A stretch of DNA of 64,000 nucleotides from contig OZ249436.1 of assembly GCA_965235115.1 (NCBI GenBank), forward strand, positions 48,300,001 to 48,364,000, given 5' to 3'. This document shows positions 42,401 to 54,700 of the stretch, in pieces. Both the position numbers and the translations under genes were made by a program. The notes under the pieces are model-generated. The model worked only from the letters and a program-made list of their open reading frames with translations, did no database searches and was not told where the DNA came from. Each line of letters starts with the position of its first letter. Position 1 is the first letter of the stretch. Origin of the DNA: Laetmonice hystrix. Its lineage: Eukaryota.

Positions 42401-45400
42401 GGAACAAAACCAGATGAATTACAAGTTGTGACACTATCATCAGCAGCCAGTGTTTCTCCATCTGTCCTATTAACCTCATCAGGTCGGTCACTCGACGCTA
42501 TCTCATTCTGAGACGGTTCTTTGTGGGTTCCTTGAGGCAGTGAGAGTACTTTGGTTGGGCTACGTTGTTTTACAATGGATGACACACAAGTGCCATGGCT
42601 TACATTCTCTGTTCCTTTTGGTCTTTTTTTATTCTCACAATATACTAAATCATGTGTTTTTGTAACCAATGCTAGCCTATCAGAAGAATTTGAAATTCCT
42701 TCCAGTGGTTGGTCACTGCTGTTGTCGCCACTAGAGCAAGTGTGGAAACTGGAGGATGCTGAACTGTCGGCTGCAGCACAAACTGCTTCTCGATCAGCAA
42801 TCTAAAAAAGGATGGAACACAATTCCCATCAGTGATTTCTGTTTTTATGGACCTAGCAATTAAATATACATTTGTAATCAATCAACCAGAGGGTGACATA
42901 AAAGGAAATAAAATATACAGTATTCAGTCACTCATACTATGTGGTTTCAAGAAATTATTTGAAATTTCAAACTGAAGCTAACAAAATATTTCGACATTCA
43001 TTAAGTACACTTTGCATCTTGATTACTAGAGTAAATAATAATAAAGATGGTTTCTACAGTTCTCTGGATAACACCTTTCTCAAAGAGATTTTTACTTAAA
43101 ATGAGTTTCTTCAATTTCTAATATTTTCAGTACGGGAACAAGCGAGTGGGACAGTGATTTGAACTGTCTGCTTTAGGCATCTACTGGCCAGCTAAGAACA
43201 CAGGATTTACAACTGTAATTCCGACTTATGCACTCCCTTTGTGGTGAATATAAAATATATTAGAAAGAACCCTGCTGGGGCTGATTCCTTGGAAGAAGTG
43301 GCTAGAGTTCTTTTACATATGTACATCTTATTGCAGTGAACACAGGTGGACAGTCTCACCTTTTCTTGAGATGTCGCTCTCACTGATCCGTTTCCTCTGG
43401 TGTAAAACAATTGGTGATCTGGCGATGTCACATCTGTAATGTGTCTGCTTGGTTCAAAGTTATCAAACAGGGTCTGGATCAGAAAGTTGACAGCTTCAAT
43501 CACAAATGACAAACGAGCATCTGTACCAAAAGGTTATTATAGTTTATACATACCGGTACAGACAACATTAACTGCCTTCGACTGTAAATCATTCCCAGAA
43601 TAAAAAAAACAGTTAAGCTCTGAAAAGATTAGTCAATACTCTAGGAAAGTTCTCATTTGCTAATTTAGTTATCAATATTTGAACTTCAGCTAAACAGTAC
43701 ATTTTACAGGATTCTTACAAATTTATTTTATGGTATATTATATTTCAAGATAACAAACAAATATTTGAAGTGTTTTGCTACTACCTTAGCTGTGTACATA
43801 CTCCGGCTGCCCTTTGACCCCCAAGCCTGCCCAGGCTGGCAGGTGTCCATTCCATCCTCCAGACTCTTTGCACAGATGTCTCCAGAGGTGCTAGTACTAG
43901 AGTACTCCTGGCTTGTGTCGCTCTCGTTCTCCAGGGCAAGCTCCTCAAAACCCCAGGTTTCATCTCCTTGATGATTTTCTCCAGGGCTGTTTGTTGGATC
44001 GTATGGGAGGGACTCTTCTAGATCAGCTGTTCATGTTAACATAGAATCTTTCTGTAGAAAATCTGTGGCCAGGCCAAGGCTAGTATTCTTACAAAGTCTT
44101 AATGGGGTTGTGGAAAAACCACAGATAGCATTCCAAGCTTTAAATCCTTCACCAGAAATTTGTTTTATCTTTTTTACATTCAGGTTAGAAATACAGGTCT
44201 GGGACATGAAGCTCAACATGACTTACTTGGTTCAATGGGAAAGGCCCTGTCGACGTATTCATCTGATTTCTGATCACAGAGATCCTTCATTTGCAGGATA
44301 CATAGATGACAACCTGACAGTTGGGCACATTCCGCAGGGGTCTGGCCATCCTGAAACAGGCAAGGCCAAACTCTAGAATACAAAATAGTCTGTTACATTG
44401 TTTCCATGGGCTACTCTGTTTGAATTACATAGCCCCATGGCCGGCTGAGCATTAACCTTTCTCTTGTATAGGGTGTAGCCATTTTTTCATGTATTACAGA
44501 ACATTCTTCACGATCAAAGAATGTTATAAAATTCTTCAAATTTATGTGAACTTGAGAATTTGATAGCCTTTACAATACTCAGGGTGGTCACAGTCTGCTC
44601 ATTATCACAAATATTTGATACAAACCTTGAGAACAACTACAACTATACCTGATCGATGATGTGTGGATTGGCTCCATTCAGCAGGAGAAGGCGAACAACT
44701 TCACATTTCCCATAGCTAGCTGCTACATGAAGGGGTGTCACGCCATCTGTACTTCTGTTAACCAATCATTATCCGTTCAGATTAAGTTTGTATGTATGCT
44801 ACATAGTGTATTAACAAAAAATAGAATAGCCACAATCTATTTCAATAAAATAGCAATAGGTTCCCTTATATGAAATAAAAAGAAAAAAGACCATGTAGAC
44901 CTTACTTAATCACGGATTCGTGTTCAAAGAATTAGGATATTTCAACAAAATTTCCAAATTTTTTCAACATTCTCTAAAATGAAACTTACTCTCAAAGATC
45001 AAAGCTAAGATTTACAAACATTTGAAGGAATGCAGTGCAGAGGCTGGACACAAAGTGTAAAAGAATCACTGTTTCAGTGATAACCTACATACTGTATGTT
45101 TGGGTTGGCTCCATACTGCAGTAGAAGACGTGTAAGATATTCAGGAGCAGAGTCCAGTCCAACAGCCACATGAAAGGCTGCCGCTCCTTCAGGTAACAGT
45201 GCATTGGGGTCAGCTCCTTCCTCTAGAAGGCTGGCCGCAGTGCTGTCATTAAATAAAATTTAGATGGATCATAATTCATGTATCATCAGAGTACTTCAGA
45301 CTGGCAGAAACTTAAAACATTGTGCGGATTCTGTTTGTACTCATTTCTACAATGTTACAATTTATCAAAATAAAATGAGCCCCATTTATTTTTGTTTAAT

Positions 45401-48296
45401 GAGACAAACCAACATTTCCACCACCCTCACTTACTGCCAGTAGGGGTCGAATTACGTTGGTCAGGGGGCACGGCAATAGTTGCCTTGGACATCCTGTGAT
45501 TTGTAAGGGCACCGCGGCAATTCCAAGGACTGTTGAGGGGCACCAAGGCAATTTTAAACTTTTGAAGGGGCACCAAAGCAAATCACACATTAATCTTATT
45601 GACAAGCCCGTATACATAACATTCTTCAATGAATTCAAATATTAGGTGGGTCAAAACTGTTAGAAGGTGGGTTTAGTGTGCCCTCTATACTTTAAGAAAA
45701 TATTGAACAATTAGTGTTTCTGAGGAGAAATACCAGTACTAGGAAGAGGGACAAAATAATGTAGCCTTTTTAGAGAAAAGGCCGCTGACGACAGATAAAA
45801 TGATAATGATAGGCAAAGAAGGGCACCAAGGCAACAGGTGAAAAGGGCACGGCATTTTATTGCCGCCGCTAGAGGTACAATTAAAGGGGCATCACGGCAA
45901 AGGCTAAAGAAGTCACGGCATTTGCCGTGGTTGCCGTCGTGTAATTCGACCCCTGTGCCAGGCATTTCACTGTAACAAATGTATTAAAATACATGTCATT
46001 TTCCCTACACTACACTCTGAAAGGCATTTGCCTGCTGCCATGTAACGCGACGGTGCCTGTGGTTGTGGAGGGATCGGACTGTAACAATTCAGTGCCAGTG
46101 GCAGCAAAATGCACAAGAATTAAACTTAAGGCAGTGTACATATTTAGCCGGCAATGGCTAAATAAGATTATCTTAGTTTGACTAATTACTGAATTGAAAC
46201 ACTGGGCTTCCTTTATGCAAGAATAGTCCTTAGCCACCGTGGCTAAACAAGTAGCCAAATGCTTTAGCCACCTCAAAATTTGTTTAGCCATATATTCTTT
46301 CTCCAACTTTAGAAATAAAATATAAAACCTGTATGCATGTTTCAGAAGTAGATGCAGGGCTTGCCAAATTTGACTGAAAGGTGGTTGCCCAGTGGGCTAC
46401 CAATGATAACAACCTGGTTGCCCAACAATGACTGGTGGTTGCCCGGCACTGTAGGGCACGAAATAGTGGCATTTGGTGACATTTGGTAGCCTACATTTTA
46501 AAAGCACAGCAGACAGGCATTTTTGCTCGTATGTGGAATTAATTTCTTCCCTAGGCAAACAGGGAGGCGAATCTCTCAAACAGTCAAGTCGGTTTAAAAA
46601 GTCAAACAGTTTCCAAGGTTGCAGGAATTGATGGAGGCTCAGAGTCTACAGCCAACACTGCAGCTCGGCACACTGTTTGGTAACCATCCAGGTGCCTGTT
46701 CCCTCATTCAGCTATATTATGCTCTCAGTGCCAGTGATTGCTTCTTACAGACCAGTTGCCCGCCGGGCTTTACCTAGACAAGTGCCAGTAGCCCGGCACT
46801 TCCAAGTGGTTGTCCCGGGCGTCCGGGCAGACGATTTGGCAAGCCCTGAGATGGCATAAATTTCCTCCATCTCTGGATTTTAAAGTTCGCCAGCATGGTG
46901 AAAACTTGGTGTGTTCTGTTATATTCCATTTTGCCACTTGCTAGTGTTTTCGCCAATGCGAACGTGGTGAACAGCTAGCGGAAGCCCAGAAACAATTTGC
47001 TTGGGGTAGGCCTTAGCCTCTTAGGGGCTCATGCCCAGGATTAGTTTTATCTTTGTCTCAAATTGAATGTTTATTAGGTGTTAACTGGATAGTCAGCTAT
47101 TTGAGCTTTATCCAATGGCAATGGCAGTGTATATTTAGCCGGCAACGGCTAAATAAGATAATATAGACACCTCTAATAGTTTAGGCCACTTAAAATTAAT
47201 AAATTGTTTTACATGGCCGGCCGCCTCAACTTTTTGATGCCGCCTCGATTTTTTTTATATTTTATATTTTTCAAAAAGTCCGTTTTTTTCATCCCCAAAA
47301 CCGTCTCCCACAGTTCTGTCAGGGTGTTACAGTTAAAGTGACCCTCAAGGTATAGAAGGGCTGTACAAAATGTTGAGATATTGAGAAATTAAAAGTATTT
47401 TTCCAGTATTGGTGATCTCTGCTGTCCTTCTTCTTGTCGAGGAAAAATATAAAATATAAAATATAAAATGCCCTACTCACCAATATTTCAGAAGTTGGAG
47501 TCATGTAAAGCAATTTATTAATTTTAAGTGGCCTTAACTAAAATCCAAACAAATTGCTTGGCCTTGGGTTAGGGTTAGGTAGGGCATCTGTGGGTAGGGT
47601 CAGGCGCGGCATCGCGTCACTGACAATGTCACTGACACTGTGACAGTCACTGTCTGTAGTGGTGTCAGGTGAAAACGTCCCCAACCAAAGACGTCCCTAA
47701 GTGAAAACGTCCCCAAGGTGAAACGTCCCCATTGGTATTAGGTTTATGTATTGTTCCTATAGGCCTATATCATAGACTCTATTTGTGAATTGTTTGTTAC
47801 ATGTTAGTGTCATACCTTGTTACAGGCCTTATAAAGTTATATTAGATTGAGAGAATGCCCAACATGTCCACCCCTCGCAAAATCCGCCCGGTCGTGTCCG
47901 CCCCACCCTGCCGCCCGTGTTCCCGGCATATCCAAGCCTCCTCTCCCTTCCCTACCTCCTCGCGGAACATATTTCATGACATTGGCCTTCGAAAGTACAG
48001 AGTATGGCCCAAAGTAAAATCATTCTTTTCATGGAATACAGTTTCCAGCCAGTGGATCAGCGGATCTGTAGTGTAGTACTTGTAGACAGTCAGTAGACAG
48101 TACCGTACACAACACTCAACAGTCTCACACACACAGTCACACACAGTGACTTCAAGTTCAACCAACTTTCTATTTTAATCTAAGCGCGACAGACTACACT
48201 ATAACCAGCCGCGTTGATCTACCTGTAGTCTTCCTTTGATAAGGCATCAAAGAGCAATCTGTCCAATCTTTTTGGGTGCACTAGTTGGCTGTACAT
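39466..48296 (-). CDS. ANKLE1: Ankyrin repeat and LEM domain-containing protein 1 (ANKLE1/LEM-3), GIY-YIG structure-specific nuclease
   Basis: Exons 48223-48296 (MYSQ..LFDAL; in-frame upstream ATG at 48377), 45093-45242 (GADPN), 44649-44754 (TPLHVAA), 44227-44350, 43802-44017, 43360-43520, 41229-42801 (LEM: LTDAQLRAELVALGNSPGPVTLATRRIYQLKL), 40781-40987 (WREGTQKSSFNYLLLDPR), 40376-40491 (FYVGKGKRSRPYAH), 39920-40049 (EAYTREACMIEAI), 39466-39635. Confidence 0.93.
45441..45955. mobile_element. MITE with 6-bp TSD (hAT6-like) in ANKLE1 intron 1
   Basis: TIR aggggtcgaattac / gtaattcgacccct, with tgccag on both flanks. Confidence 0.8.
46202..46989. mobile_element. MITE with 5-bp TSD inserted into a Helentron-like repeat
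   Basis: TIR ctgggcttcc / ggaagcccag, TSD aaaca. The rejoined flanks match the uninterrupted copy at 49500-49702 (reverse complement). Confidence 0.8.
46355..46848. mobile_element. MITE with 5-bp TSD nested inside 46202-46989
   Basis: TIR cagggcttgccaaat / atttggcaagccctg, TSD agatg. Confidence 0.85.
47660..47735. mobile_element. Transposon end with aaacgtcccc sub-terminal repeats
   Basis: ggtgtcaggtgaaaacgtcccc followed by 3 more acgtccc units. Confidence 0.45.
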
Positions 48297-48299
48297 GAT

Positions 48300-48780
48300 T
48301 TCCCTGTCCAGCTGTGCAAGTGCAACAGGGTTCAATGTTTTTGTTAGAAAAATTTTCGTGTTTTGGCGCTTGAGCATCTCTATGTGTACGTCATTCCCAT
48401 TGGTCAGCAAAAATTTGCACCTGGCTCACCATCCAATGACACGTCGCGACACATGAAATAAGATACAGTGTACTACTGGATGTTCGGAGCAAATAGATTA
48501 CGAGAATCTCGTTCCTGTGACTGGGAAATCCAGTGTTATAGGGATCAAGATGCACATCTAAGCCGCCTGAAGCCCTCTATTAATATTTAGCGATGAGAAT
48601 ATTGGGATGTGTAAACCCCTCTTTGCGGACTTGTGTAAAAATAATAACTTATAGGGGGTGTATTTGCATGGACTGGTCCATAGATGGCGCTGCGAACAGT
48701 GAGGAAATGGACTCCGCCTGCATCAGAGATGAGGAAAACAACTGAGAAGCCGTAACTTAATCTGATCCTTTGCGTTTGAA
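48300..48780. promoter_or_regulatory. Bidirectional ANKLE1/MTMR10 promoter
   Basis: Start codons about 490 bp apart. E2F-like TTTGGCGC at 48362-48369, CCAAT boxes at about 48400 and 48432, YY1-like agatggcg at about 48682. Confidence 0.6.
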
Positions 48781-48782
48781 TT

Positions 48783-51700
48783 ATGCCACGCCCGAGAATA
48801 CCTACATTTAAGTCATACGTCGGAGACCAAGACGGAACCAATACCAAGAAGAAGGTTAGTAAACTTGCATTTCTTGTCCCCAGTACCTGGGGCTGTAGCC
48901 GTGTAGGAGGCATGTCGGTGCCTTGACTCAGACGTTCAGTTTCACTGCTTCAGTTCACACTAGCCCCGAGCGGCTAGCCGTCAGCCAGCCACTGAACTCC
49001 ACTATACTCTATAGTATACTAGAATAGTCTATCGGCCTACTAGTACTGTTACGTAGATAGGCCTAGGCAGTATGGCAGGGGAACGCCGACTGGGTGAGTG
49101 TTAATAAATTCAGGCCAGGAATAGCCTTGAAAATGGTCAGATTAGCCTTGAAACTCATCAAATAGGCCTTGAAAATCTTTAAATTGGCCTTGAAATTGTT
49201 CGAAAATCTTAAAATTTCCTGTACTCTTTGCCCCCGCCCTCCTGCCTGACACACACATAAAGTTATCAGAACTCACTCAGGGACCATTACAGCACGAGGT
49301 AGAGTCCTTGTAGCGCCATCTACGGGCCTGGTAAGTATAACATGATGCAGTCCCTGCCATCTAGCGAGAGGTATATAGCATTGACTAGTGTGCAACAGTC
49401 ACTGAGCCCCCGTTCTTGTCATTAGCGGCCTTGAAAATCTGCTTAAATCGGCCTTGAAAAACCTTGAATTTGTTAAGACCCGCGGAGACCCTGATTACGC
49501 TTCAATTCTATTGGATAATGGTCTATGGTTGAAATTAAATAGCTGACTATCCAATTAACACCTAATTTAAAACACCCAATTTGTGACAAAAATAAAACTA
49601 ACCCTACGCCTGACCCTAACCCAAGCAATTTGTTTAGATTCGGTAATTAGTCAAACTAAGATCATCTTATTTAGCCATTGGCAGCTAAATATAATACACT
49701 ACCTTTTCTCTAATATTCGGTCTCAGTTTTAGTGACAAGCAAACTACCAGGAAACCTTGATTATATACATAGTTAATGAGTTATAGTACTTGTGTTGTGG
49801 TACTATAGACCCTTGCAGCAAATAGGGTACTAACTAGGGTAGCAGCTCATCTGATCCCCAATAAATTAGCAGGACTTTAGATAGTTTTCTATTGGAGCGT
49901 GTAAAGTATGCACATCTCCATGTGCATACTATTGCTGCCCAGCCTTCAAAGATATGAGTGTATTTTGCGATCCCTTGCTTACTTGTCGGGCCTGCTCTCA
50001 GTTGGACACCCGAACGTTACCGTCCCTCGGTATGGGAGTGGGGGTGGGGGGTGGGGGTGGCTTGATAAGGGGGCGTCTGTAAATAATTATGCTGTTTCAA
50101 GTTCCGAATTATCATGCCTTAATGGGGAATGTGAAACTATAGAGAGCAACTACTCACCTAGCCTGTGTAACAGGCCTCGCCCAGCGAGCGAGCTTTCCTG
50201 GAACACTTTTCCGAAACGGCAGGATTTAGAATCATAAGTGCACATATCCTATGCCTTCAAAGTGTATATGCCCATCACTGGCAGCTATTGAGTCAAATAA
50301 ATCTATCACATGTCCCTCTTGAAGTGACATTCGCACAACAGTTAAAACCCGGGTTTTTGCCAACCCTGGCACAACCACAACTGGAGTCCTACTCAGCAGT
50401 GCTAGCAGCAAGACGTGTGCTGTTTGTACAAAAACTGGGCATCTGCCATCGGCGGCACGCTGCACACTATTAATATTATACTGGTCTATGTATGGTTATC
50501 TTGGGCCTGAATCATTGCTTATAATTATATTGCATATATGTGTAAGAGCGGCTGTATTAGGATTTAGAAGTCTTTAAGAAATCTGTCCAGGCACTCGCCT
50601 TCTCAGTCTCCAATAAATAGCAATAAAATCCTTTCCAAAAACACTAGCAAGTTTTCTGTTTGTTTACACATCATCAAAGTCTGAAGAGTTGTCAATTACC
50701 CGATTTGATAGAAAAAAAGTAAAAAAATATTTGCACAGGAAAAAAGTATAAAAACTAGTTTTGCTTAAAAAATCACAATACTTTTATAAAAGTATAAATT
50801 GGCAGCAGTGAAATATGTATAATCAAATGCTATCAACTCAAGCCCTATCTAAAGATAAAGCGTAGTTTCAATTTTAGAGCAAAGACAGTGTTACCAGTAC
50901 AGCAGGAGTGAAGAGATAAAATTGTGTCTTTCAGTAGGCTGTCAAAGTTAGCAGCATTATAATGTAAACACAAAAAATCACTTTATACATACTGAACCTG
51001 TCAAGTTGGTGTTAGACCTTTTGGGCCATTGAATTTGTATACCCGGTATGTAGATGAAAGGGATATTTTCGTTCGCTTCCCAACTACTGGGACATGTGCT
51101 TTAAAACCAGGGTCTCATTAGTTAGGTCTAGCTATGTTATATAGCATGTTCCTACTCTTAATTTCAAGTATATCCTTTAGCAAATGTTACTTAAAACTAC
51201 TGCAGTTATACTGCTGGTACTGCCTGTCAGTCAAGCTGTTAGCACAGAACCCCAAGGGTCATATCTAATTCAATAATTAGGTCAGTTTGTAGGAGTTTGA
51301 TATACTGGCCAGTTGACAATAAATGTTACTGGTATGCTAAGTGGTCTACCGGGCGCCGGTCTGTGGGAGGGTCTAAACCTTGGGCCTTTGAACCAGTTAT
51401 TGCATTTAGGGTTCAAGGCTATAGATCATATATCACAGAATTCATAGACGTCATTTTGAGTATTTTTTAAACTTGAGAAGTTTGCAGATGAGGACTCTTT
51501 TTGGTTTTTGAAAAAACTTTTGCTACAGGTGATGGATACAGGCACAAGCTTGTATTCTCACATTCTTTTTGGCAGTTATTCCCCTTTTTGTTTTCTTTTA
51601 TTTTGTGCTCAAGGGAAGACTTACATACAATTTGAAACAAAATTATTTTGCTTCAAAGTGATAGGATCATTTTGTCAATGTTTCAGGAAGAGGACAGCTC

Positions 51701-54700
51701 CGACAATGACGTAATTTCTAGGAAGTCACACTTTTACACAAGTGTTAAGGTGAATCCTGACCTCCTGCTGAATATATGGGTTGTTAAGGAATCAGGCTTT
51801 TCATTAATATTCAAGTTTTGATATGCCTTAGCCATAAATCCAGTTTGCACAATATACACTGCATGAATAGTTAAGCCTGTGTTTTACGAGAATGAGAAAG
51901 CTTGCTGTTTTTTGCGAGTATGAATTTAAAGGATGGAGCCCACTGTGCAATATTTGGTTGCCACCCACTATCGCGTACAAAGAAGGTTCTATTTTTTAAA
52001 TCCAGAATTGCTAGAAAATCGCAAGCACTCAGGAGCACAGGCTTTAGAATGAGCAAATGATTTCCCAGTTAGGTCAGTCACCAACAGCCACTGAGGATAG
52101 CTGAATCAAAATGTGGCTCTTTGTTTTCAGCATTATTTATTGGTATTGTTTAATAGTATGTGCTCATTAGTAATGAGAAACAGTAGTTGCATAACATTCA
52201 AGTATTTCTGTTAAATATTATAATTTTGTCAATGGTAGAACTCGGTTACTAGTACTACCGGTATATGCTTACAGATGCAGTTACCCCTAGCCAAACGTGC
52301 ACATTTTTATTTGTCAAACATTCGGCTAGTATCTAATGGTGTCCCAGTAGTTTAGAAATATAATAAGATGACCTTTTATGTTCTGCTTTTCTAGTCTAGG
52401 AGGCATTCCAAACCTATATTTAAGGTAGTCCTGGCAAGTCCTGGGCTGCTCAAGATATATTTGTCCTGTGTGTAGTCCTGCTTGTGTTGGTTCAGGTATG
52501 AACTGGTGTTTTAGAATTTAGTAAGGGGAACTTGGGTGCAGTGCTCATATATGTTCTGTAAGCAAAGATTTGCCCGTCATGAATTATTTTGTAGCTGCGT
52601 GTAGTGCCAAGATAGTTGTTTTTCTATGTCTGTCTGCCTCTATTCTTCTCATAAATCTCTTTGCCAGTCTATCTTGCCTTTCTTGTCCTTATTGTGAGAT
52701 GTAGAATTCTGAATTTAAGTACTTTGTGTGATATGGTTATCATGTTGTATTTGACCTTGAATTGAGACACCACATTATGTGGAGAAGGTTTCTCTCAGTC
52801 ATGCTCATTCAAATCCGCCTTAAAAAAGAAACCCAGCACGGAACAGGCAGCAGGCTTTTACAGGCCATGAAAATTCTGATAAGGTCATGACTTCAGGCTA
52901 TAAATCTTGTGTGAAGCCCTGTTTATTAAATTATTCACGTCATGATAGTGAAGTCAAGCATTCTGCTGGCTAGGTTGACTGCTGTCCGTACCTCACAAAG
53001 AAGCCATTAGAGGGGAAAAATTCATTTCATCTAATAGTACTTCTCAAAGTATGAAAAAAGTGTTTCATTAAAATATTCATTTGCGGGGCTTTGAGTAGTG
53101 AGGCATGCATTTGGATTACCATAGATTAATGCTGTAACTGACCTTCCTTTTTTTATTTGGTTAATCCTTTGTAAGCTATGACAAACCAAACGGTGCAATG
53201 CATTGCACTCTGTTGATAAAATGTGGCCAGAAACTCATGCCTCCAGGGCCTCCAACAGTCTCTTGCCTTCAGAACTTTAAAAACTAAAGACTTTTGAAAT
53301 TCCTCGTTTTCATATTAAATCTTATGCCTCGAGACTAGCAGGATTGGTTCATCAGGGTATATCGTCAAAAGGAGCATAAGCATGATCATGCTAATTGTTT
53401 TAGGAGGTTCATAATATCAGTCATAGAAATTGTGGAAGCAGGGTACATGTGTCCATTGTATCAGTGTCAGCAGCAGGGAGCTTATGGATATATATGGAAC
53501 CTTGTAGGGCTCAATTTGACTGGTATCGCATCGCAAACCGTGATTCATTTTGGACCCCTTTGCAAAAATGTGATACAATGATATTACACATGTACTATTA
53601 TTTTCAACTTTGTTTCATTAAATATAAATTTGCTATGCATGTACAGCAAATGCTATGGACATGAGGTTTTGGGTAGCAAAATTTTGTGTGTGCATGAAGT
53701 ACCCATTAAATTGTGTCCAGCTTTGGGATCTCTGGTGACTAAAACATCTTACTGGATAAACAAACATGTAAATTCAAGAAACTCAGCAAATGAAATTATG
53801 GTCATCTCATTCAGGCTAGCTCTATTCATAGATTGAATATTCATATGAGCATATTGTCTGCTAGTATGATTGCTTTTCAGTGCACAAAATGATTCTCTGG
53901 ACCAACTAAAGTTAAGGTTGAAAGCTATGCATGACATTTGAATTCTCATGCTAGCCAGTATTATTTTAATTCACTTGGTGCTAAAATCGCCCAATATTGC
54001 AATTTTGGTCAGTTTGGAAATGTAGCTTAAACGTCTGAATTATAAGGTAGATTTTAGAAGATACCATGGACCTTAATGAAAACGACAAATTTATGAAATA
54101 ATAGCCAGCTGTCTTGGGGTGATATTCGTTTGCTCCAGTTAAAAGTCACAAAGTCATGTTTTTTTAGTAAAATCGGTTTTATAGGCTAATAAAAAACGCG
54201 TGAGTGCATTTAGAATTTAATGTAATCCATGGTACAGATGATGTTTCCAAAATTTGCATATTTTGTCATGCAAGAGTAGTTAGAGTCTAAGGATTTCTTT
54301 ATCAGATGCAAAGTTATTCAAATTAATGTATGAATGGATGAGATTTTATGGTCAACTACCTTAGGCCAAACTCGCCAGTCATGAGTTCCAACCTGGCCAA
54401 AAAGTCGATGGTCTTGAATGTGGAATGCCAGCATAAGTACAAAATGAAGACTTGGAACGCTATTTCTGTCACGTTTTCCTGCACTGTTGAAATATTAACG
54501 TAGCAAGAAGAGCACCTGCATATGTTTTTCAAAATAACCGAACTGGCCCCCAGTGTGAGGTTACTGTATGGTTGATTGTGTTCACAGGGTGGCAATGGTT
54601 TTGTTGACCAAATTGATACATCATACCGTGTGTCTCAAGTGTCACATTGAAAGATTTATAATCTTTCATTATGATGGAATATTTTATGACATCATTAATA

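Noticed and set aside
43781..43963. ORF-track frame MKPGVLRS.. as the ANKLE1 exon
   Set aside because: Its phase does not fit the neighbouring exons. The acidic frame at 43802-44017 does.
47855..48165. Independent small gene in ANKLE1 intron 1
   Set aside because: Interrupted frames beside a transposon end; probably a decayed element and not identifiable.
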